NCBI GenBank assembly: GCA_905250005.1
Contig: CAJNOH010000675.1
Coordinates: forward strand, 1-64,000
Length of the DNA: 64,000 nucleotides
Direction: 5' to 3'
DNA from: Rotaria sordida
Taxonomy: Eukaryota
Made by a program: the position numbers and the translations under genes. The notes under the pieces were generated by a model that saw nothing but the letters and a program-made list of their open reading frames with translations, had not been told where the DNA came from and did no database searches. The stretch's first letter is position 1. Each line of letters opens with the position of its first letter. Positions 10,325 to 21,756 of the stretch are shown here, in pieces.

Positions 10325-12380
10325 ATCGTTTGTTAAAATAATAATCTAGATGAATATGTAAAAATGAATGTCTACTTATAAACAAGAAAAAAAGAAGTGA
10401 AAAAAGAACCCGGAGACACGCACAAGATATTACATAGGTCACAGTGAAATATATTTTTACAAAGCATTGTGCAAGTTTGCCCCTTAAAAAAAAAAAAAGA
10501 GAAAAACAAAATCTATATTTTTCTCTCTTTCTGTCGTCAATGCTGTTATTGCACAACGTTTAGTTTTACTTTCACGTTAATAATAACAACGACAGAATAC
10601 ACAGACTCGTAAATATTTTATGAATCATACGACGAAAAAAACATCAATTAAAAAATGAATAATTCTGATGTTTAAATATAACACAATATCGATGAAATAT
10701 GCAAAAGGTATTAATCTTCAATGTATATATGTCTATTGATATGACAAAATTGACCTAGTTAAATGTAGAAATTTTAATAATTAAATTTTTGTATAATAAA
10801 TATCAAGTATTAGTTATTATCTTGAGAATTCCAATATTAAATTTTCTTTTTATATACTGAGAGTGCAAAACAGTACTTTATAGTTCTGTAATATTTCATC
10901 ATTCTTCAATTAATATTATAATATTAAGAGCATTACAAAAGTACTAAGATGGACAAAAAATACAAGAACAAGTTCATCAAATATTCAAAGTAGCCATCTT
11001 AATTGTTTACATAGAATTGCATCCTATTATCGATAGTATTTCTTCATTCTGTTAGAATTTATGAAATTCTTTACAGAATGATGTAATTATTCGCAATCAC
11101 TTAGATTTTACTTGATCAAGTCCAATAACCAAAAATCACATGCTATCAGATTCGAAGAATTAAATGTTAATAACATAAGTATCAAACAAAGATCTTAACA
11201 TCTTAAATTCATTGCCAACAGGCTACAAAAAGTTACTGATGTAATATTTGTGACCAACAGTTTGATCCGATTCTATATAATGAATTAAAACAAGACCAAC
11301 GGACGTAGTCAATATAAGCCAAAGAAAATAATACACAAAAGACGACATCATTTAATAAATAGAGATGAACTAGACTCCTAAGTCTAAAAAGAATTCGTCC
11401 CCACATGCTAAGCTATTACAGTTTTATTAAATTATTTTATCACTGACAAAATATTTGTGCAAAAATCAAAGTAGAGAATTTCAACCTGAAAATTTCTTCA
11501 TGAAATATTGAATATCTAAAAACAATCCAAAGTTACAAGGAAAGGTAAAAGAACCCAGCATTTTCAGGATTCGATATTTCACAGGAACAATACATTCCTT
11601 TAGACTGAAATTTTCAAGTCATTGCAAGACTCACATTGAACGATATTTTTTCAGTTGAAATTCACACTATGATTTTTCACAATTACCTTGGCAAAGATAA
11701 AAAATTTACTAAAAACTATACAAGCTAAGGAAGGTCACTGCATCAGGACGAACTACTATAGGCTTCGAATAGTCTCACCGGTGTTTACTTATTCGCAAAA
11801 TATCAGTTCGATCGACATGTCACACATAAAGACAATATAGTCGAATGCGACTGAAATTCATTATGATTTCTTCTACGGAAGTCAAAGATTTAGAAACAGC
11901 AGATATTGTATAAGATCATCTTCTGATATTTTTCGATCTAATTATTTATTTCAATTGATTGTTGCGCAAGACTCTATTCTTTTTTTTTTTCGTGGTTATT
12001 TGTAAAGATCTCTAGATTTTTATTTTCGAACATATAAGTTGACAAAAAAAAAAAAAGAAAAAATGAAAGAACCACACCGACAATTACACAAAAAAAAAGA
12101 AAACTAGCGTGATTGAACCAATAGAATAACCACACACAAATAAACAAAAGAAAAAAAAAAAAAAAAGAATGTCTAAATTAATTTTTCATAAACATCTTTT
12201 TAATCTGTTTTATTTTCTCTAAATACACAAGCTAGACGTTTTTTTTTTTTTTAGAAATAAACAAAAAGACAAAATTTCATTATGCGTTTATTCAATATGA
12301 ATTACCGCGATAACGTTAAGAATTTAGGTTTTTTTTTTTTTTTTTTTTTTTGTAAAAGAAAAAAGCAACAATAATGCATT

Positions 12381-12521
12381 TTATGCAGCTGGTGGTGCTG
12401 ATGGTTGTACCATTGGCAAATCACCATGAACACGAAATCGATATACACATGTATAATTTGGATTACCCCAATTTGATGTTACTCGAAGTTCAACATATTC
12501 AACAGTTGGTACATTAACAAG
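12381..12521 (-). CDS. SUN-domain protein, exon 7 (stop TAA 12383-12381)
   Basis: Encodes [46 protein letters not shown] (human ELRIFSNWGHPEYTCLYRFRVHGEP). An AATAAA on the minus strand lies about 100 nt downstream. Confidence 0.85.
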   Translation of the reverse strand, partial: LVNVPTVEYVELRVTSNWGNPNYTCVYRFRVHGDLPMVQPSAPPAA

Positions 12522-12572
12522 CTAAATATTAAAATTCATTTTAATATAAAAAAAAAAATTACAAAAACAAAC

Positions 12573-12668
12573 TTGAGGTTTAAATCGTTGAAGTGATGGA
12601 CCATTCTCTGCATCATAATAATATCGACCAAGAACCATACCTTCTTTATCATGTTTATCTTTTAAAGC
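12573..12668 (-). CDS. SUN-domain protein, exon 6
   Basis: Encodes ALKDKHDKEGMVLGRYYYDAENGPSLQRFKPQ. Confidence 0.75.
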
Positions 12669-12757
12669 CTAAAACAAAAAACCAATAAATTGATTTTTTC
12701 GAGAAATACAGAAAGTTTAATGTCAATATCTTTTATGAAATAATATTTTTTACTTAC

Positions 12758-12925
12758 ATAAACAGTAAAATTATTCGGTGCACTATTAATATGTCCAACA
12801 ATTGAAATAGTTTTTGATAAATGTTCAAGTACAAATTCAGTTGGTTTAACAGGTACAGCTAATTTAATAATAACACTTCCTTGATCACCTTTAAATGGAA
12901 AACATTGACCTGGCATTCGACCAGA
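12758..12925 (-). CDS. SUN-domain protein, exon 5
   Basis: Encodes SGRMPGQCFPFKGDQGSVIIKLAVPVKPTEFVLEHLSKTISIVGHINSAPNNFTVY, the SUN-domain core (human PGNCWAFKGSQGYLVVRLS...FTLEHIPKTLSPTGNISSAPKDFAVY). Confidence 0.85.
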
Positions 12926-12987
12926 CTACAAAATAATTAATATATTTCAATTAAAATTTTAAATATATATATAAATCAAAAACAAAC

Positions 12988-13106
12988 TTTTATCATTATA
13001 TCCGGTTGTTTAGACATATGTACTATAGGAATACCAAGAAATTTAACAACATTCTGGCGTGGTTCATCAGTATATTCCGTACATCTTGTATCAACAATTT
13101 TTCCAC
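12988..13106 (-). CDS. SUN-domain protein, exon 4
   Basis: Encodes GGKIVDTRCTEYTDEPRQNVVKFLGIPIVHMSKQPDIMIK (human GSILSTRCSETYETKTALLSLFGIPLWYFSQSPRVVIQ). Confidence 0.78.
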
Positions 13107-13156
13107 CTAAAAGAAATTTTATATATTTTTTTTTCTTGTGTTTCTATTTAATTTAC

Positions 13157-13229
13157 CATTAGCTTCAAGTGCATAATCAGCTTGACCAGTTTCATCAGCG
13201 GCATATTCATCAAGTAATTGTCGAATAAG
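13157..13229 (-). CDS. SUN-domain protein, exon 3
   Basis: Encodes LIRQLLDEYAADETGQADYALEANG, the start of the SUN domain (human SUN1 ...DYALESAGG). Confidence 0.75.
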
Positions 13230-13289
13230 CTAAAAGGAATAGTTTTTTGTTTTTTTTTTTTTTGACTTTCTTAATAATCATCTACTTAC

Positions 13290-13720
13290 AGCATCTAATT
13301 CTCGTTCTTGTGCAGGTTTTAATGCATGTCGACTACCAAGATATTTTTCTTTTTCATGTTTAAATTCATCCATTAAATTTTGAACTTTTTGTAAACTAGC
13401 ATCACAATATTCTTTAGCATTGTCTTTTGTTGTTTCAACAACATTATTAACACGTCCTTTAACTTGATTAACTTGTCGATGAAATGTTTTTTTTATTGTA
13501 TAATAAATATCATCAAGAAAATTCATTATCCAATCTTTTATATCAATTAACCAATGATAAAATCGTTTAAGATAATAAGAAATACGATTATATGTATTTT
13601 CACGAATAAAATTCGTTATATTTCCCATTTGTTTATTTCTATATTCTTGAAAATCTTGACAATATTCATAAGCTTTTGATTCTGGATAATGTTCAAATGA
13701 TTTACATGCCAAATAAGGAA
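13290..13720 (-). CDS. SUN-domain protein, exon 2 (coiled-coil region)
   Basis: Acceptor ttttatag| and donor GTAAGT at 13289. Encodes FPYLACKSFEHYPESKAYEY...KHEKEKYLGSRHALKPAQERELDA, phase-consistent with exon 1. Confidence 0.7.
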
Positions 13721-13989
13721 CTATAAAATAATTAAAAAAAAAAAAACAAAGAATATATTGTAGTATCCATCGGATCGAGGATAGAGGCAGTCGTCTCTCT
13801 TGCTCGCAAAATTTTCAGAGCGGGATTGAGACTACATTAACAGTTATCATTTCGTGAAGTTAAAACCGAAGAATTCAAATCAATTTTAATCTTCTGTAGG
13901 ACTAGCATTTTATTTTTATTCATTAAGATTGAGCTACTCTAAGGAAGTGACGCTTATACCCACCCTCCTCGCAGGTTTTTTTTCGCACA

Positions 13990-14425
13990 AATATTTTTTT
14001 GTCTTAGCAAAAAAAATCAATATTTTCGAGAACGAACATTTATATAGGAAAGTACTATTTAGAGGTTTCTGTAGTCGAAAGTTAGTTTTTCATGTAAAAT
14101 GAGTATGATATTCAGAATCAGCATAAAAAATTACACTAGATAGTGTATTTTTCATTGTAAAATATTTTCCATGAAAATTTGACCCGTAGGGAACCAAGGG
14201 GGAAAAATCTCATGGATAAAAGGTTGAGGGGGAGTAGGGAGTAGATTCCCATGGAAAATATTTTAGAATGAAAAGTAGACTGTCTAGTGTAATTTTTCAT
14301 GCTGATTCTGAATATCATACTCATTTCACATGAAAAACCAACCTTTGACTACAGAAACCTCTAAATAGTAGTTTCCTATATAACTGTTCGTTCTCTAAAA
14401 TATTGATTTTTTTTTGTAAGACTAA
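13990..14425. repeat. foldback (long inverted-repeat) element, ~435 bp, inside SUN gene intron 1
   Basis: The left arm 13990-14200 is the near-perfect reverse complement of the right arm 14215-14425. For example ttcatgtaaaatgagtatgatattcagaatcagcat pairs with atgctgattctgaatatcatactcatttcacatgaa. Confidence 0.8.
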
Positions 14426-14959
14426 AACTGTCCAAGATCTGATTGGGTGATTTTACATCTTCATACTACTCACAACCAAAAAATATTGAAACGAAAAGAA
14501 ACCTTTCGGGGGGATATAGCCTATGGAAACAGCGCTACTTCCTTTAATTTTTCGAAGTAAAATGAAGATATAATGCGATTGAGCGCGCGAGACGGCCACT
14601 CCGCTTCACGAAAATGCTTTTGGTGCGATGTACATCTCTGATATGTAGGTTTATAAAGGAAGACTAAGTTCTATTGCACACCGTAGACGCCGCCACCTAT
14701 TGATATCTCAGAACTTGGTAATACTTATGAAGTCTTCCTTTACATAAACACGCCTTCGGAATGTTCTAGAATAGTTTGACTTGTATTGTTTATATGTCAC
14801 TCAATGCCTTTTTCTGATGTCAAGGAAGGCTAATACTTAATGTTTTTCAGAATGTACCTAATGATTATTGAGCTTTCGTCTACGATGAATAGATGAGTAG
14901 CAAAATTTTACATTTAGTATATTTTTCTTCGAAAGAAAAAAAGAAAAGAGAATACTTAC

Positions 14960-15605
14960 AAGCATAAAGACCAAGAAGAAAAAGAAGTGGAATTAGTAAC
15001 CACCATGGTAAACTCATAAGATTATTCCATAGAAATTTGAATAGATTAATTGGTATATAAAGAAGATTTTTCATAAAACTTATTAATGTATTATCTTTAT
15101 CTTCATGAAATTTTTCATGTTTTTTTCTTGTTTCTTTTTCTTTATTATATTCTTCTTCTTCTTCTTCTTCGTCTTCTTCTTGTTCATTTTGTTGATCTTG
15201 ACTTTTTCGTTCTTTTCTTGTTAATTTATGTTGTTCAATTTGTTCATTATCATTATCACGTGGTGTTGAATGAACAGGTGCAGCACCAGTACGTCGACGA
15301 AGATTATAACCTGTTGTTTGACCATTTGTTGATGATTGAGATGATGAACGAGAAAATCCTCTACTACGATGAGATGTTGGTGAATTAAGAAGTGTTTCTG
15401 TTCCTTGTTGTTGAGTATTTTGATGCATTAAACGATCACGTATAGCTGAATATCCATTAGCTAATTGTGAACGAACATTTGACATAAATCGTGTTGGTGA
15501 TGAAAATACCGAATTTGTTGATGATCCATATGAACGATAATCACCATGTAAATCACGACGAGCCATTACTGGAACAGCATATGCACCATTTTCCGTCACA
15601 GGCAT
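14960..15605 (-). CDS. SUN-domain nuclear envelope protein, exon 1/7 (N-terminal nucleoplasmic region + TM)
   Basis: ATG at 15605-15603 gives MPVTENGAYAVPVMARRDLHG, then an acidic EEDEEEEEEEY tract and a transmembrane helix LPWWLLIPLLFLLGLYA. The GTAAGT donor is at 14959. Lies within track ORF 14880-15683; the start choice is uncertain. Confidence 0.65.
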
Positions 15606-16973
15606 ATAGGAAACACTAGAATTAAAAAAAAATTCAATAAAATTAATTACAAAACGGATGTTTATCGATATATATATATCCATACGCTATTCGAATCTAA
15701 AGTTATTTAAACTTCTATATTTTTAATTAATAGTTTTCTAGATGATTTCATATTTCGATCTTTTAGCAAACAATTTGTACGACATTGAGATTCTCATTTG
15801 TTTATGATAAATTACATCATTTGAATATTTAATATTTATTTTGGTAAGTTCAATTCTGTCAATCGTATCGTAATGGTACCTTGTTGCTTGAAGGTTAAAC
15901 CATTGTATAAAACATATCTCACGTCATGCCACTTTACATTCAAACAAAAAAAAACCATTAACAAACACTTATTGATTGTATCAAATAGCTTCGAGCAATG
16001 TACGTTTAAACTTAACAAAAAAAGAAATCGAACTTTCTTTGAGGTATTTTATTGGAATCTTGCCAAGTTTTCTTGATATTCAACTAAAAGTTGAGATTGT
16101 AAAAACAACAAGCAATTATTATCGTACTATACTTCAAACCAATCGAATTGATGATAAGAGATAACTTATATCTATTTGTGTATTACGTCATATACAATAG
16201 CCAAACAAAAAAACCAGACCTTTTCAATTATTCTAATTTCATAATTCTTTCCACTAGGTTAGTCCATCAGTTTACGCCTCAGAATACATTTGTTTACTCA
16301 TTCTCAAGTATCGGCTTTTTTCTTCTATGAATAATAATTCAAATCAAACAAAGTGAACACTCTCAAGTAAATTTTATACAAGACTGAATATATTAATGAT
16401 AATTTATATTCAAACTGTACAAATAGTTTTATTTGTTTTTTTTGTCAATAAAACACTAACCTGTGAGCATAAGTATAAGTTGTTGGTGGAAGTCCACTAA
16501 AAGAAAAATTGTTTCTAATACTTCGTTTTTTTCTTTTATAATTAAAATAATTACTCTGTAGGTGATTTTGTATTTTGAAGTACATCATAAACACTTCTAC
16601 TTGTTGTAGTATTTGATCCCATTCGTCGTTTTGTTATTGTATCTGTACGTACTTCAGTTTCAATGAACATTGGTCGACGAGTTGTTGTTACTGACGAATT
16701 AGAACCTGATGTTGTTGGTTTATTTGTTTCAATAATATCATCATCAATCAGTGTATCTGTCATAATTAATCTTCTATTTTTCTTTTCTATATAATATAGA
16801 ATAGATCTGAAATTAAAAACAGAAAAAAAAAAAGGATAAACTTCTCCTGTTTATCGTGACCTATGAAACAAAGTGAACAAAGTTCGACCGATTCGATCAT
16901 ATCGATAAATTAGAAGCAGACGAAAAAGAAAAGAAAAGAAAAGAAAAAAATTCTATCGCATGTGTATACATGA

Positions 16974-17683
16974 TTAACGTTCGAAAGAAAGAAAAGAAGA
17001 CGATGAAGTGATAAATCTATCATTTAATATATCAAGTAAAGTTAATATGATTCGTGATATAGATGAAAAATATTTTAACCATATATTTCTACATTCTATT
17101 TGCATTTGATTTCGTTGATAAATAGAAATATTTCTTAAATAATATGGTAAAAGACTTAATGATATATTTGAATAAATAATAATAATTGATTTTGACCAAT
17201 TAATTATTTCACTAAATGGAAGTATAATTAATTCATTATCATTTGTTGTTATAACAGGTATACAACCATATTGTAATGATTCAAGAAAACGATATGAATA
17301 TAAACGACGTCCACTAGGTACAAGACAAAAATATGATTGACGAAGAAGTTCAATATATTCATTTTGATCATAAGAATTATTATTATTATTATCAGTATAT
17401 TTTATAATAATATCATGATTATTATTTAAATGACGAAAAAATGTACGATGATGTTGAACATCTTCATAACTTTTACCTTTAAATGAAAGTAGAATTTTAC
17501 GTGAAGAAAAAAATTTATTTGTTAAATTTGATGGATAATCAATATGAAATAATGGAAATGTTATATCCGATAAACAATTATAATTATTATAAGTAAAACT
17601 AGTTGAAGCAAGAATATATTGTGATGGTAATATAAAATCTAATGTACGTCGATAAGAAGGCCAAGTTCCTAGAAGATAATGTA
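16974..17683 (-). CDS. exostosin-like glycosyltransferase (GT47 domain), exon 2 (stop TAA 16976-16974)
   Basis: Acceptor tccttag|. Encodes VHYLLGTWPSYRRTLDF...RKILLSFKGKSYEDV...YFCLVPSGRRLYSYRFLESLQYGCIPVITTNDNELIILPFSEIINWSKSIII, closely resembling the EXT1/2 exostosin domain ([26 protein letters not shown]...LPFSEVINW). Confidence 0.7.
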
Positions 17684-17858
17684 CTAAGGATATTTTTTTA
17701 CAATATCTTTGTCTCATCTACTATTACGAACAAAAAAAAGCTCATTATCTAACAGACTTTCGTTCAGAGGGATCGGATGACATGATTTATGATTATGTCT
17801 AAGGAGTTTCGCATGATCTATCTCAATAAAATGAAAGAACAAAAAAAAAGAAATCTAC

Positions 17859-18357
17859 CTGTATAATGATTAAATATCAAATGAATTTTATTTGGATCTG
17901 ACCATTCATGAAAAAATTTAAAACGTTGTTCAATAAAATATGTATAATAACCATTTTTTGATCGACGATCTCGATCAAGTGTATCAACAGGTGCTATATG
18001 TATACAAGCTAATGATGAATCATTTGTATAATAAGATGAATTTCGAATTATATCAAGAATAATTGAAAAAATAGGTGAACGTATATAAGTTATATTTGGA
18101 TATTCAATATTTTTATCAATATGAATAGAAAAATATTTAATATTATTTGGACATTTTAATTTCTGTGTACAATTTAATATTGTATTCGAAATATGAAATG
18201 AAGGTAATAAAATAGATTTTTCATTAGAAGACGAATCAGAAAAAAGTTGAAAAATAAGTACAATTTGTATAAAACATATAAGAATACAAATAATAGTAAG
18301 AAAAATAAAACGTTGTGATATGTTAGAAAATGATTTAATCATTGTGCAATCTATCAT
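17859..18357 (-). CDS. exostosin-like glycosyltransferase (GT47 domain), exon 1
   Basis: ATG at 18357. N-terminal type-II membrane anchor (FIFLTIICILICFIQIVLIF), then ...ACIHIAPVDTLDRD...YFIEQRFKFFHEWSDPNKIHLIFNHYT. The donor is GTAGAT at 17858. Confidence 0.7.
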
Positions 18358-18802
18358 TAATTATCTATTAACCACATAAAAATGACAGACAAAGCCGATG
18401 CCACTATCAACCAATACATAGTAACATCTTTGTCCTCTATCATTTTAATGCATTTATGCAAATATAGAGATTTTTACTGATAACTAGCGACCTCAATGAA
18501 TAGAAAATAGTGTTATTTTTTTGTTTAGTAAAATGAAAATCATGTTATCTAATTTATTATTAAGAATGAAATTTAGAAAATTTAAAATCAAAACAAATAA
18601 TTGATAAGCATCTCATGGGTTCGATGCAATAAAAAAAAATTTTCTTTTTTTCAAGTATCGACTTTGTAGTTATTTTTGTATCATAGGGTTGAGTCATTCA
18701 TATGAAAAATAATCTTAACTATCAATTGAATAAATTATTTAAATGAAATATTGAAAGAAAAAAACGAAAGTTTTTTCTCTTTTTTTTTTTTTTTCTATTA
18801 TA
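18358..18802. promoter_or_regulatory. putative bidirectional promoter between divergent EXT-like (-) and KDM2-like (+) genes
   Basis: Only about 445 bp separates the two start codons, ATG 18357 on - and ATG 18803 on +. An AT-rich T-tract immediately precedes the KDM2 ATG. Confidence 0.35.
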
Positions 18803-18832
18803 ATGTTTTCAAATGTAGAAGGTCGTCGTTTG
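18803..18832 (+). CDS. KDM2: KDM2/JHDM1-like lysine demethylase, exon 1/13 (start)
   Basis: ATG TTT TCA AAT GTA GAA GGT CGT CGT TTG with a perfect GTAAGT donor at 18833. Spliced to exon 2 it gives MFSNVEGRRLRTRVKKNYVDDDDDE, aligning to human KDM2A SQRLRGTMRRRYEDDGISDDE. Confidence 0.6.
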
Positions 18833-20849
18833 GTAAGTAAAAGTTTTTATCAATTATATATATATGTGTAGATATATCGAGATTATTGGTAAAAATAATA
18901 TATAGAATTATTTTTGTTGATTTCAATTGGAGAAAAATAGACCAGTTAGAGAAAAAAGAAAAAAATATAATTAATATTTATAGTAAAATTCAATAAATCC
19001 TCTTAAGAATTATCGGTTTAGTTATATTTTAAATAATTAATTCAAAAAACTAATAATATTATTGCTAAATGATAAAATCATTATTTACTGTACAATAATG
19101 TTCATTTGAATTCAACAAAATAAAGTCATAAATTTCATTGTCTTAGAAGCGTCAAATCAAATGATAAAATAATAGTCAATCATCTAATTGTATAATAGAA
19201 GATCCAGGGTATTCTATTGTGTCTTATTTATTTTTATAGTTTTTAATTAAGAAGATTTTTTTTGTAAAAACTAAAACAATTTTGACGACTTGCGGAAAGA
19301 TTTTAAATGTTCAGGAACAATGTGAGTCTTGTAAAATTTTTAGCTCAAACTAATGTGTTTGCACTAGAAATTAAAAGCAGTGCATGCAAGCGTAATAACT
19401 TGACAACAACAACTGCTGGCAACCTGTGGTTTTCAACAATCAGCGAAAGAATGTATAAAAACGCTGTTTCGATTTGATGTAATTTTGATTAAAAAAAATT
19501 CGAAAATTTGCTAGAAATCTGTATAATTTGATCGAATAGAAATATGATTATATATAATATCAGACAAAAAGACATTCGAACTTCTCCCCTTTCGATTGTT
19601 GAAAGTCACAAGTCACTTGCTGTTGCCATAATCGAGTTATTGAATGTACACACTCACCTCTATTTAATTCTAGGCTATACATGTGAATTGTTCGACTTAC
19701 CAACTTTTATGACATCATATTAAAAATTAAACTAAATAAAAAGTCTAATATCCGATGTAAAATAAAGTAACCCAAAAAGTTTATTATTACCTACTAAAGT
19801 TTGAAAAAAAAAATCACCTGCAATCGACTTTAATCATAGTGTAAGATACTTAATGGTATTACAAACTCAAGTTCTTTTCTTTTTGTAAAAATAAAAGAAC
19901 TGAAGAAATAATATTAATATCGTTTTTTTTTCTTTTTCTTTCTTTTAAAAGTAATAAAAAGTAAGCATTGATTTTTATTTTTGCATGATGCTGCTAAATA
20001 AAAAAAACAAGAATTATATAAATTCGAAATTAAAATTTTACATTCAGTTAAATTTATTGCTATATAAAAATGAATCTACAAAAATTGATCGAATGATAAT
20101 TAGACAACATCAATGTAGAATGTTGTTAGTAAATTCTTCGAAAGTCTTTCAAATTTTCACTCTTGTTCTTTATCAATGCGATCATCTACAAAGCCATTTC
20201 TTTTTTTATATGTGATTGAATATGCACTGAAGTTTGACTCGATGTTCGGAAACTATTCGATTAGTTCAGATTAGAGTTAAACAGGACCGGATTTTTGCCA
20301 GTTCATCATTACACAATTGCTGTTTGCATCTAAGAATTTTCTCTATTGAAAACGGTATTTTTATGAAATTTTTGAAGTTAGAAGAATGTTTGCGAAAGAC
20401 TCAATATAGATATCTTATCTTTAACTTGACTATAAACGATTGATTATTCACTTTATAGCTCTATCGATTTCTTTTTTTGCATATCTCTCAATATAATCTA
20501 GATCAAATAATTTATTTTATTATTCTACTTAGACAGCTATCTGAATCAAGAAAAATAAATATTTACAATTTTATGTTAGATTTTTTTTATAAACTTGCTT
20601 TTTTTTTGAAATTAAGATGAAAAAATAAATTTGATTTAAATAGCTAATTTATATCGACATCGGATTCGAAAGGTTGACGCATCTTGCTATAAAATGTGAT
20701 GGTGAAAATTTCATTCCTCAGTTTTAGTTTCTAGTTCGAATTTAGGGATGACAATTTACTGTTAATTTATTTTAAATTTAAGTTGGATTTACATAAATTT
20801 TAAATTCAATTTAAATTATTATATTGATTTAAACCCATATGATGAAAAC

Positions 20850-21080
20850 CGGTGGTTAACCGCGATTTTACTGGTCCGGTTACCGGTTCCCGTCGCTACA
20901 ATTTACCGCTAAAATGAACCGGTTAACCAGTTCGCTGATTATCATTAACATTTAGTTGCTCTAAATCATCGATTTTGCTATTTTAAATAATTTTTTCTTG
21001 TATCTTCCCATGTCATAAAAGTTCTCGGAAAAAAACCGCCGGTTTTGATAAATACTGCGGTTTACCGCTAAAAACTGTCC
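20850..21080. other. cluster of ACCGGTT / CCGGT palindromic motifs (GC-rich patch in KDM2 intron 1)
   Basis: gaaaaccggtggttaaccgcg, ggtccggttaccggttcccg, gaaccggttaaccagttcgc, aaaccgccggttttg, gcggtttaccgc, ctgtccggtgtttacg all occur within about 230 bp. CpG is otherwise rare in this window. Confidence 0.5.
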
Positions 21081-21550
21081 GGTGTTTACGATATGAGAAT
21101 AAATTTACAAAATTGATTTTTGGATTTATCAAACTTTCGTAAATGTAAAATGATCACCCTTAGTCCGAATTTCTACACGTAAATATTCAATTCCTTTTCG
21201 CCAGATTTTTGCCAATTTGACTGTAAAATTCATCCGCCCGGTTGCTGGCTGGAGAGAAAAAAAGCTGTCCAGTTCCAACTCTGGTTCAGACAGCGTTGGG
21301 GTATTTGCTCAAGCTTTTCTTGACGTCCATGGACAATCATGGAAGTACGCTAAGGTTCGGTAGAAACCACACATACGACCAATTTTTGCTTTCCTATTAA
21401 ATATTTTTTTTTTGTTTGTAGACATACGATGATTCAATGAATCAAATTTAAAAAGACTTTAATTATTAGTTGTAATGAATATTTTTTCTATATTTATCTA
21501 GTAAATGATGATCAATAGACAAGATATTTGATTTGTTTTTGTTTTTTTAG

Positions 21551-21701
21551 CGTACACGAGTTAAGAAGAATTATGTGGATGATGATGATGATGAGTTCTT
21601 TGAAGAAGCATTGGAAACAGGACAAAAATGGAAGATTGAAGAGAAATTAACCACGCCAGATAATTATCAAGGCAAATTTGCTGAAGAACTCACAGCTGAT
21701 G
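21551..21701 (+). CDS. KDM2: KDM2-like, exon 2
   Basis: Acceptor ttttttag| and donor GTTTGT at 21702. Encodes RTRVKKNYVDDDDDEFFEEALETGQKWKIEEKLTTPDNYQGKFAEELTAD. Confidence 0.7.
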
Positions 21702-21756
21702 GTTTGTATTTAATTAAAATTTTTTGATACATATTTATAGAATTAGTCCTGTTATT

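Noticed and set aside
15086-15388. + strand ORF antisense to SUN gene exon 1
   Set aside because: Low-complexity L/F-rich translation of the antisense of the acidic EEEEE tract; a frame artefact.
16551-16763. 70-aa minus-strand ORF (MTDTLIDDDIIETNKPTTSGSNSS...)
   Set aside because: S/T-rich low complexity with no splice or start context; it lies in the SUN-gene upstream region. Not supported as a gene, and not a GT64 domain for the EXT-like gene.
21339-21344. Alternative tiny first exon ATG GAA|GTACGC for KDM2
   Set aside because: Superseded by the far better exon at 18803-18832, whose product RRLRTRVKKNYVDD aligns to the human KDM2A N-terminus and which has a consensus GTAAGT donor.
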